Positions 56,581-64,000 of a DNA stretch of 64,000 bases are shown here, piece after piece. How positions within the stretch are numbered: the stretch's first letter is position 1; the number at the start of each line of letters is the position of its first letter. The translations under genes and the position numbers were made by a program. Where the stretch lies: positions 1,728,001-1,792,000 of the forward strand of contig OZ242011.1 in the NCBI GenBank assembly GCA_965204755.1, given 5' to 3'. Source of the DNA: Candidatus Marinacidobacterium sp. GTDB lineage: Bacteria > Acidobacteriota > Vicinamibacteria > Marinacidobacterales > Marinacidobacteraceae. The notes under the pieces are model-generated. The model saw only the letters and a program-made list of their open reading frames with translations. It made no database searches and was not told the DNA's origin.

Positions 56581-57198
56581 CTACGGCAGGACGCCGGACG
56601 CGAGCGCCGCCTCGAGGAAGGTGCGCAGCGGGCGGAGGGCCCGTCCCCGGTGGCTGATGGCTTCCTTCTCCTCCAGGGCGAGTTCGGCCATCGTCCGGCC
56701 GCTCTCCGGGAGTTCGAAGACCGGGTCGTAGCCGAAGCCGCCGCTGCCCCTCGGCGCCCGGGCGATGCGCCCTTCGACCGTTCCGGCGGACCGGAAGAGG
56801 ATCCGGCCGCCGGCGGCCAGCGCGCAGGCCGAGCGGTACCTCGCGCCCCGCTCCCGGTCCCCCACGAGTTCGAGGAGCCGGCGGTTCTTCCGGGCGTACG
56901 GCGTGTCCCGGCCCAGCCAGCGGGCCGAACGGACTCCCGGGGCGCCGCCCAAGGCGTCCACTTCGAGGCCGGAGTCCTCGGCTAGCGCCGGAAGGCCGGT
57001 GGCCCGCTGGTAGTGGAGCGCCTTGAGCCCGGCGTTGGCGAGGAAGTCCTCGCCGGTCTCCTCCGGCTCTTCCGGGACTTCGGCGCCGAGTTCCTCCGGG
57101 GTCAGCGCGACGAAGTCCACGGGCGCCCCGGCGAGCGCCGCGCGGATCTCCCGCACCTTCCCCGGGTTGCCGGTGGCGAGGAGCAGGCGGAGGTTCAT
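56581..57198 (-). CDS. rdgB: Non-canonical purine NTP pyrophosphatase (RdgB/HAM1)
   Basis: LLATGNPGK, EDSGLEVDALGGAPGVRSAR, GFGYDPVF, KEAISHRGRA. Confidence 0.93.
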   Translation of the reverse strand: MNLRLLLATGNPGKVREIRAALAGAPVDFVALTPEELGAEVPEEPEETGEDFLANAGLKALHYQRATGLPALAEDSGLEVDALGGAPGVRSARWLGRDTPYARKNRRLLELVGDRERGARYRSACALAAGGRILFRSAGTVEGRIARAPRGSGGFGYDPVFELPESGRTMAELALEEKEAISHRGRALRPLRTFLEAALASGVLP

Positions 57199-57851
57199 CC
57201 GTCCGAGTCCTCCTCCTGGGGGAGCAACCGCTCCGGGGCGCGGCCGAACCCGGAGCGCAGGTCGAGGTGGCCGGCGAGCGTGTCCTCCTGCTTCCCGTCC
57301 ACCAGGATCCGCACTTCCGCGATCGCGGGGAAGCCCTCGACCAAACTGTGGCTCAGGCTGTACACGGTGAGTTCCTCGGCGGCCAGCCCGCCGGGGTGCC
57401 GGGACAGCAACTCCCCGCTGAAGTCCAGCACCGCGACGCCGCGTCCGCTCACGAAGACTTCGAGCACTTCCACGCCGTCCGGAACCGTGCCCGAGTCGGC
57501 CACCACCCGGCGCACCACGGCTTCCGCGGCGTCGCGCGTCGGCGCTCCCGCCGGAAGGTCGAAGGTGCGTGGACGGAGGAGTCCGCCCGGCCCCAACTCG
57601 AAATAGACCCCCTGCGGGAGGTCCGCCGGCGCCGCGTCCGGCTGGCCCGCCGGCAGTTCGCCGGCCGGGGCGGGAGACTCCGCCTCCGAAGGGACGCCGA
57701 GCGGACCGGTTCCCTCCGGCGCTTCCGGCTCGCCGTCGCAGGCGCCGCCGAGCGCCGCCGCGAGGAGCAACGCCGCCGGAGCCCCGGCCGGCGCGGCGAG
57801 GGGGCTGCGGGTCAGGAATTCGCGGAAGCGGCGGGCCGCCGAACGGGTCAC
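57195..57851 (-). CDS. GerMN-domain lipoprotein
   Basis: Lipobox LGGAC; AVLDFS, HPGG..EELTVYSL, VRILVDG..DTLAGHLDL. Confidence 0.85.
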   Translation of the reverse strand: MTRSAARRFREFLTRSPLAAPAGAPAALLLAAALGGACDGEPEAPEGTGPLGVPSEAESPAPAGELPAGQPDAAPADLPQGVYFELGPGGLLRPRTFDLPAGAPTRDAAEAVVRRVVADSGTVPDGVEVLEVFVSGRGVAVLDFSGELLSRHPGGLAAEELTVYSLSHSLVEGFPAIAEVRILVDGKQEDTLAGHLDLRSGFGRAPERLLPQEEDSDG

Positions 57852-59359
57852 TCGCCGGGGCCGGTCGCCCGGATGGAGTCGGCGCGGTAGCGCACGATGC
57901 CGGCGGCGAGCGCCCGCGCCGCTTCCTCGTGGAACGCCGGGTCCCGAAGCCGCTCCCGGTCGCGGGGCGAAGTGACATACCCGAGTTCGACCTGGACGGC
58001 CGGCATCGCCGCGCCGCTCAGCACGCGGAGCGGCGCGTGGGCGACGCCCTCCGAAGGGAGCGGCAGCGCCGCGAGCCCGGCGGCGATCTGCTCCGCGAGC
58101 GCCCGCGACGCCGGGAGGTACTCGTACTGCGCCTGGTCCCACGGCACGAAGCGGGCCGCGCCGCCCCGGCCCCGCGCCGCGGCCCCGGGAGTCAGGTGGT
58201 ACACCGCGCTCCCGGACGCCCCGGCGCTCGGCGAGGCGTTCAGGTGGATGCTGACCAGCAGGTCGGCGCCGGCGGCGTTCGCGGCGATCGTGCGGTCGTC
58301 CAGCGAGACCTCGCGGTCGTCGCTGCGGGTGAGGATCACATCGGCGAGGTCGAAGCCGTACTCCTCGACCAGGCGGTCGCGGAGCGCCCGCGCCACCGCC
58401 AGGGCGACCTCCTTCTCCGAGACGCCGCGCGGGCCGGTCGCGCCGAAGTCCGGGCCGCCGTGTCCGGGATCGATGGCGATCGTCCGCAGTTCGCGGCGCC
58501 GGGTCGGCCGGGCGGCGAGGTCGGCGAGGTCGGAACCGCCCGGGCGGGCCCGGAGCACTTCGCCCGACGAAGTGACCGCCGTGCCGGCGCGCAGGAAGTC
58601 GAGGTCGAACCGGCCGGGAGCGCGCTGTTGCCGGAGCCGGCCGAAGTTCCTCCCGGTGCGGATGCGGAGGCGGTAGCCGGTCCCGGTCCGCCGGAGGTCC
58701 ACGCGTTCCACGACGCCGTCGCGGGGGGCCTCGCCCGGGAAGTCCGTCTCGAGGAACGGCGCGCCGATCACCACCGCCACCTGCCCCGGGGTCTCTTCGA
58801 GGTGCATGGGCGTCTCCGGGGCGGTGCGGAGCCGCACCCGGGTGGCGTTCGGCTGCGGGAGGATCTCGACTTCGAGTTGCGGGTACTCGCCGGCCACCGC
58901 GAGTACTCGCTCCCGGTCGTCGTAGCGGCTGCCGGCGAGCACATCCGGCAGCACCCGGGCCACGAAGTCGAGGGGCACGAACCAGCGGCCGTTCCGCCGC
59001 AGACTCGGGTTCCGGAGGACGCGGGTGCTGCGGTCCACGAGGACGAAACTCCGGCCGGCGTCGAACCGGACGACCCGGCCGCCGAGCCGGACCGCCGCCT
59101 GGCGCTCGCCGGCGCCCGGCCCCAGGACGCCGCCGACCGCGGCGGCCAACTCGTCGAGCGGCACCATCTCATCGCCGGCCACCCGGTGCACCGGAACCGT
59201 TCGGGCGCCGCCGGCGCTCACCACGCGCAATTGCCGGGGCGGCTGGGCCGCGGCGGCCGCGGCGGGGAACGAAGGCAGCGCGCCGCCGAGCGAGGCGGCC
59301 AGGAGCAGACGGGCCGACCCGCGGAGCGCCGCCCGGCGCTGGCGGCGGGCGGGAATCAC
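57848..59359 (-). CDS. N-acetylmuramoyl-L-alanine amidase (Amidase_3)
   Basis: IAIDPGHGG, SEKEVAL, LTRSDD, LVSIHLN, MPAVQVELGY; signal peptide; GTG 59359 with GGGAG upstream. Confidence 0.9.
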   Translation of the reverse strand: MIPARRQRRAALRGSARLLLAASLGGALPSFPAAAAAAQPPRQLRVVSAGGARTVPVHRVAGDEMVPLDELAAAVGGVLGPGAGERQAAVRLGGRVVRFDAGRSFVLVDRSTRVLRNPSLRRNGRWFVPLDFVARVLPDVLAGSRYDDRERVLAVAGEYPQLEVEILPQPNATRVRLRTAPETPMHLEETPGQVAVVIGAPFLETDFPGEAPRDGVVERVDLRRTGTGYRLRIRTGRNFGRLRQQRAPGRFDLDFLRAGTAVTSSGEVLRARPGGSDLADLAARPTRRRELRTIAIDPGHGGPDFGATGPRGVSEKEVALAVARALRDRLVEEYGFDLADVILTRSDDREVSLDDRTIAANAAGADLLVSIHLNASPSAGASGSAVYHLTPGAAARGRGGAARFVPWDQAQYEYLPASRALAEQIAAGLAALPLPSEGVAHAPLRVLSGAAMPAVQVELGYVTSPRDRERLRDPAFHEEAARALAAGIVRYRADSIRATGPGE

Positions 59360-59556
59360 TTCTCCCCCCGAACGGACGGCCGAACGAGAGCGGGAGGAGT
59401 CGCGCCGGGACGCATGTCGCAGCGCCGACGGACTCACCGGCGCAACCCGTGAGGATAGCGCCCTTCGGGGCGCCGAGACGGCGCCGAACACGGGCCGCGG
59501 GCCGCGGTCAGCCGCCACCTCCGGCCCGCCGGGGCGGGAGTATGCTTCGCCCGCCC

Positions 59557-60900
59557 GTGGCCCCCGAGCGTTTCCCGATACGCCCCGCGGGCGGCGGACT
59601 TCTCGTCCTGCTGCCCGGCCTCGGGGCGGTGAGCACCACCTTCATCGCCGGGGTGCACGCCGTCCGCCGCGGACTGGCCGAGCCCATCGGTTCGGTGACC
59701 CAGATGGGCACCATCCGGCTCGGCCGGCGGACCGACAACCGGACGCCGCTCATCCGCGACTTCGCGCCGCTCGCCGCGATGGAGGACCTCTCCTTCGCGG
59801 CTTGGGATGTGTTTGAGGACGACGCCTACACCGCCGCCCGGAAGGCCGGCGTGCTCGAGCCGCAACTCCTCGAATCACTTCGCGACGACTTGGCCGCGGT
59901 CCGACCGATGCCCGCCGTCTTCGACCGGGACTTCGTCAAGAAACTCGACGGCCCGTTCACCAAGAGCGCCGCCACCAAGATGGACCTGGCGGAGATGCTC
60001 ATCGAAGACATCGAGAAGTCGCGCGAAGACGCCGGCGCGGAACGCGCGGTGATGATCTGGTGCGGCTCCACGGAAACCTTCCTGGAGGAAGGACCGGCGC
60101 ACCGGGATCTGGAATCCTTCGAGCGCGGCCTGCGGGAGAACTCCCCCGAGATCGCCCCGAGCATGATCTACGCGTATGCGGCGCTTCGTTGCGGCATTCC
60201 CTACGCGAACGGCGCCCCGAACCTGAGCGCGGACATCCCGGCGCTCGCCGAACTCGCTTCCGGGCGCGGTTCGCCGATCGCCGGGAAGGACTTCAAGACC
60301 GGGCAGACGCTCATGAAGACCATCCTCGCTCCCGGCCTGAAAGCGAGGATGCTCGGCCTCTCCGGTTGGTTCTCGACCAACATCCTCGGAAACCGCGACG
60401 GGGAAGTGCTCGACGATCCCGGCTCCTTCCGCACCAAGGAAGAGAGCAAGTTGAGCGTCCTGGAACACATCCTCCAACCGGAGATGTACCCGGACCTCTA
60501 CGGCAACCTCTACCACAAGGTCCGCATCAACTACTATCCGCCGCGGCGCGACAACAAGGAGGGCTGGGACAACATCGACATCTTCGGATGGCTCGGCTAC
60601 GAGATGCAGATCAAAGTGGACTTCCTCTGCCGCGACTCCATACTCGCCGCCCCGCTGGTGCTGGACCTGGCCCTCTTCTTGGATCTTTCTTCGCGCGCCG
60701 GCCTCAAGGGCATCCAGGAATGGTTGTCCTTCTTCTTCAAGAGTCCGATGAGTCCGCCGGGGGTGTACCCGGAACACGACCTGTTCATCCAACGCAAGAA
60801 GTTGACGAACACGCTTCGTTTCCTCATGGGGGAAGAAGTCATCAGCCATCTCGGCGAGTACACCCTGGAAACCGCCGGAGAGAACGAGGAATCGGCGTAG
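59557..60900 (+). CDS. ino1: Myo-inositol-1-phosphate synthase
   Basis: GLGAVSTT, YANGAPN, GKDFKTGQT, WFSTNILGNRDG, DNKEGWD, CRDSILAAPL, LSFFFKSP; start GTG 59557 or ATG 59542. Confidence 0.93.
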   Translation: MAPERFPIRPAGGGLLVLLPGLGAVSTTFIAGVHAVRRGLAEPIGSVTQMGTIRLGRRTDNRTPLIRDFAPLAAMEDLSFAAWDVFEDDAYTAARKAGVLEPQLLESLRDDLAAVRPMPAVFDRDFVKKLDGPFTKSAATKMDLAEMLIEDIEKSREDAGAERAVMIWCGSTETFLEEGPAHRDLESFERGLRENSPEIAPSMIYAYAALRCGIPYANGAPNLSADIPALAELASGRGSPIAGKDFKTGQTLMKTILAPGLKARMLGLSGWFSTNILGNRDGEVLDDPGSFRTKEESKLSVLEHILQPEMYPDLYGNLYHKVRINYYPPRRDNKEGWDNIDIFGWLGYEMQIKVDFLCRDSILAAPLVLDLALFLDLSSRAGLKGIQEWLSFFFKSPMSPPGVYPEHDLFIQRKKLTNTLRFLMGEEVISHLGEYTLETAGENEESA

Positions 60901-60901
60901 C

Positions 60902-61711
60902 GTGCGTATCTCTTCGTCCCGTTGCGTCGGCTGCGGGAACTGCGTGGCCGTTTGCCCGGTCTCCGCCATTCGCATCGAGGACGACGGGCGCGCCTCGGTG
61001 GACTCGGACGCCTGCGTCGAGTGCTACACCTGCTACCGCGGGTTGAGCACCGAACGGCTGAACCCGACGCTGATCCGCGCCATCCGGCGCGTGCTCGGCT
61101 GGTTCCGGCTCCGGTTCGATCCGGAACCGGACATCTGCCCCACCTCGGCGATCGAGCCGGACGAGTTGGCCTGGCCCCGGATCGTCCGCCGCGCCTTCAG
61201 CGACCCGCTGGTTTCGCACGAGGCGACGGGAGTCCACGGACGGGGAACCGAGGAAGTCAAGACGAACGATGTGACCGGACGCGTCGCGGTGGGCGAGTGC
61301 GGGATGACCGTCGAGTTCGGACGGCCCGGAGTGAGCGCCAGTTTCCGGGACATCGACCGGGTCACGCGGCGGCTCGCCTCCATCGGCGTCGCGTTCGAGA
61401 AGAAGAATCCGGTGACGAACCTGATGAGCGACACCTCCACCGGCGCGATCCGCGAGGACCTGCTCGGGGAGCGGGTGCTCTCCGCGATCGTGGAGATCAA
61501 GATCGGCATGGAGCGCGTGCCGGAGATCCTGCGGGTCGTGGAAGAGGAAGCGGCGGAGTCGGAGACGATCCTGTCCCTCGGCGCGGCGACGCGCTGCGGA
61601 GAAGACGGATCGGACGATCTCGGCGAGTTGCTTGCGGAGCACGGGTACGACGCCTTCCGCGGGAAGACGAATCTCGGTCTCGGCCGCCCGGCCGCGGACG
61701 GCGGCGGCTGA
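60902..61711 (+). CDS. 4Fe-4S dicluster protein fused to an uncharacterised domain
   Basis: CVGCGNCVAVCP and CVECYTC...(insert)...ICP; then GRGTEEVKTNDVTGR, EFGRPGV, FEKKNPVT, VLSAIVE, KTNLGLGRP. Confidence 0.8.
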   Translation: MRISSSRCVGCGNCVAVCPVSAIRIEDDGRASVDSDACVECYTCYRGLSTERLNPTLIRAIRRVLGWFRLRFDPEPDICPTSAIEPDELAWPRIVRRAFSDPLVSHEATGVHGRGTEEVKTNDVTGRVAVGECGMTVEFGRPGVSASFRDIDRVTRRLASIGVAFEKKNPVTNLMSDTSTGAIREDLLGERVLSAIVEIKIGMERVPEILRVVEEEAAESETILSLGAATRCGEDGSDDLGELLAEHGYDAFRGKTNLGLGRPAADGGG

Positions 61712-61793
61712 ACCGGAACCCGGCGTCCTTCTTGGGTCCGCCGACCCGGGGCGCGCCCGCCCGCCGCGGGAACACCCGACCGGAGCGTTCTGC

Positions 61794-62897
61794 ATGAGGA
61801 AGTCTTCGAGCCGCTCCCGATCCATCGGGAACCGAGCCTTCGTATCGGCGGCGTTCGCCGCCGTCTTCGCCGTCGCCGGCTGCGATTCCGGAGGGGTCGG
61901 CGCGCCGCCCGCCTCCCCCGCGCCGCCGGCGGCCCCGGCGCCCTGCGCCGAGGCCTGCACCACCGGGGGCCGGGTGTTGAACTACGGCTTCTACTCCGAC
62001 TTCGATCCGCTGAGTTACAGCGAGACGCGGGAACCCGGCTCCGAGCAGTTCGACGAGCACCGGGGCTACGAGGCGGACCTCGCGACCGCGCTCGAAGCGA
62101 TGGACGGCGCGGCGCTCTCGTTCTCGCGGCGGGCGATCGCGGTCTGGCCGGACATCTGGCTCCTGCCCGCGACGCCGGACTACGACCTGGTCGGCGGCGG
62201 CATCACGATCCTCGACAGCCGCACCCGAAACGCGGCCGGCGAAGAAGTCGTCCGGTTCACCTCCGGACATGTCACCTTCCGGCAGTCGCTGCTGGTGCGG
62301 GCCGCCGACGCCGAGCGCCTCGCGTCCTACGCCGACCTCGACCGGGAAGACACGGTGGGCGTGCTCTCCGGCACGACCGGCGAAGCCCGGCTGCTGCAGT
62401 TGGTGGGACTCGCGGACGAGAACGGCTCACTCGTCGCCGGCGCCCGGATCACGACCGCTGCCGGCGGCGAACTGGTCAGCGACGGCACGGAGGCCTACGC
62501 GATCACTTCCGCAGGTTCTTCGGAGAACCTGCGCGACCGCCGGCGCCTCCATCCGCCGTCGGAAGACCGCCCGCAGGTGCTCTTCCATCCGGGGGACGCG
62601 AGCGTGGAAGCGATGCTCGCCGCGCTGCGCGACGGAACGACGGACGCCTTCGCCCGGGGGGAGATCGGCAACCGGGACGCCGCCGCGCTCTCCGAAGGCG
62701 CCTTCGTGGTCACCGCGCTCGACGAGGCCGCCGAGTTCGGGGGATTCGTCTTCGCCGCGGAAGACACCGCCCTCCACGCCTGCGTGGACGCGAAGGTGAA
62801 CTACCTCACGAACGACCGCAACCTGGGATACGCCGACTGGCGCGCGAACCCGCAGGTCTTCCTCGAGCGCGCTCGAGTCTGGGTCTGCGGCGGATAG
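61794..62897 (+). CDS. Amino-acid-type substrate-binding lipoprotein (SBP_bac_3-like)
   Basis: Lipobox VAGC; DFDPLSY, GYEADLA, GGITILDSR, VRFTSGH, VGVLSGTTGE; no adjacent permease. Confidence 0.75.
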   Translation: MRKSSSRSRSIGNRAFVSAAFAAVFAVAGCDSGGVGAPPASPAPPAAPAPCAEACTTGGRVLNYGFYSDFDPLSYSETREPGSEQFDEHRGYEADLATALEAMDGAALSFSRRAIAVWPDIWLLPATPDYDLVGGGITILDSRTRNAAGEEVVRFTSGHVTFRQSLLVRAADAERLASYADLDREDTVGVLSGTTGEARLLQLVGLADENGSLVAGARITTAAGGELVSDGTEAYAITSAGSSENLRDRRRLHPPSEDRPQVLFHPGDASVEAMLAALRDGTTDAFARGEIGNRDAAALSEGAFVVTALDEAAEFGGFVFAAEDTALHACVDAKVNYLTNDRNLGYADWRANPQVFLERARVWVCGG

Positions 62898-62928
62898 ACC
62901 CGCGCGGGGCCGAAACCTCCCGGCCCGC

Positions 62929-63588
62929 TCACTCGCCGCGGAGGATGCGGCAGGCGCGGGTGGTGTTGAAGATGCCGCAGGAACAGAATCGCGCCATCGC
63001 CTCGGCGCAGTCCTCCGGGCGCCGCCGGCCGGTGCGCACCCAGTCGAGCATCTTGCGGCTGAAGCCGAACGAGAGCATCCCGTGGCCGCACATGGTGGAG
63101 AGGGTGAGCGTGGCGCGGTCGGGAAGCCGGTCGCGGACGCCGAAGAAGCCGAGCGAGTACTCCACGCTGTGCCGGACGATGCCGGCTTCGCGGGCGAGTT
63201 CCGCGGCGCGCCCGGTGAGGCCGCTGATGTTGATCGAGAGGCCGAGGTCCACCTCGCGCAGGTCCCGGAGGAAGGCCACCAGCGGCTCCTCGGCGTCGAA
63301 GACCGCGGAGACCACCGTCGGCTCCTTCACGCCGTCGCGGACCGCCCGGCCGGCGAGGCGTCTCCGCCGCCTCCAGTGCGCCAGCGGGTTCAGCCGGGAG
63401 GGGCGGAACACGCCGCCGCGCGTGGCGTCACCGAGGTTGATCGGCCGATGCCGCAACGCGATCTCGGTGAAGCGCCGCAACTTCTCCGGCGCGCCCCGGT
63501 CGTTGATGCCGCGCGCGGCCATGGCGAACACGATGTAGTCGTCGCGCAGCGTCTCCGGCGCTCCATACCGGTGGAGCGTGTTCGTCAT
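62929..63588 (-). CDS. Conserved-looking hypothetical protein with Cys motifs (probable metal binding)
   Basis: MTNTLHRYG, DLGLSINISG, HSVEYSLG, TMCGHGM, FCSCGIFN; ATG 63588. Confidence 0.75.
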   Translation of the reverse strand: MTNTLHRYGAPETLRDDYIVFAMAARGINDRGAPEKLRRFTEIALRHRPINLGDATRGGVFRPSRLNPLAHWRRRRRLAGRAVRDGVKEPTVVSAVFDAEEPLVAFLRDLREVDLGLSINISGLTGRAAELAREAGIVRHSVEYSLGFFGVRDRLPDRATLTLSTMCGHGMLSFGFSRKMLDWVRTGRRRPEDCAEAMARFCSCGIFNTTRACRILRGE

Positions 63589-63688
63589 CGGTTCGGGATT
63601 ATTACGGCGGAAGGGGGGAATTCCGCCGACGGCGCGGCAGCCCGGCGGCCGGCTTCTACAATCGGCGCGGTGAGGCGGTTTCCCTGAG

Positions 63689-64000
63689 GTGAGCGCGGCC
63701 GCCGAGGCGGGGCGGGGCGGGGAGTTCTGGCGCCCGGCCACCGGGATCCCCTCCCCCGGAGGGTCTTGCTCCGCCGAGCCCGGCGCTTCCGACCGGCTGA
63801 CCGGCGGCTGGTCGGCGCACCGCCCGCCTCCCGGCGGCCGCCGCCACCGACTCTTCCTGGGTTCCGAAGACGGCGGCGACGCCGCTGCAGCGTTCCTCGA
63901 AGAACGAAGCGAGGGGGCGTACACCCTGGCGGGCGCTCCGGAAGACCTCGCGCTCGACCTCCCCGGCTCGGGCGCCCCCCCGGAGAGCGCTGCCCGCCTG
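63689..64000 (+). CDS. Partial hypothetical CDS running off the window end
   Basis: GTG 63689 opens a frame with no stop to 64000; TACAAT -10-like hexamer at 63657. Confidence 0.4.
   Translation, partial: MSAAAEAGRGGEFWRPATGIPSPGGSCSAEPGASDRLTGGWSAHRPPPGGRRHRLFLGSEDGGDAAAAFLEERSEGAYTLAGAPEDLALDLPGSGAPPESAARL

Overview
High-GC bacterial chromosomal segment. GWxTD, CRTAC1/ASPIC-UnbV and TPR genes plus a long ankyrin protein suggest an Acidobacteriota-like, possibly host (sponge)-associated organism; this is an inference. Most of the window is housekeeping and metabolic: GH20 hexosaminidase, rpiA, osmoprotectant ABC transporter, polA, CoA-transferase, ogt, cyclophilin, phoA, thiI, five tRNAs, acyl-CoA dehydrogenase, Na+/solute symporter, peptidases, an arsS operon, rdgB, amidase and ino1. 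A visibly lower-GC accessory block at about 22.0-30.7 kb holds the best candidate new system: a coupled three-gene operon of a DGQHR (DndB/ParB-like) protein, a HEPN-like protein and an N6-adenine DNA methyltransferase, with no restriction endonuclease or dnd genes. It is followed by an AAA/DUF4143 gene with 23-bp-period upstream repeats and a DUF1998 helicase. Other notable signals are a window-wide near-absence of ACGT and AGCT (replaced by their C-to-T products), a C5-methyltransferase stub coupled to an open DUF4928-like gene, three tandem secreted paralogs, and an unannotated 40-aa membrane ORF. All family calls are from motif recognition by eye; no database searches were run.
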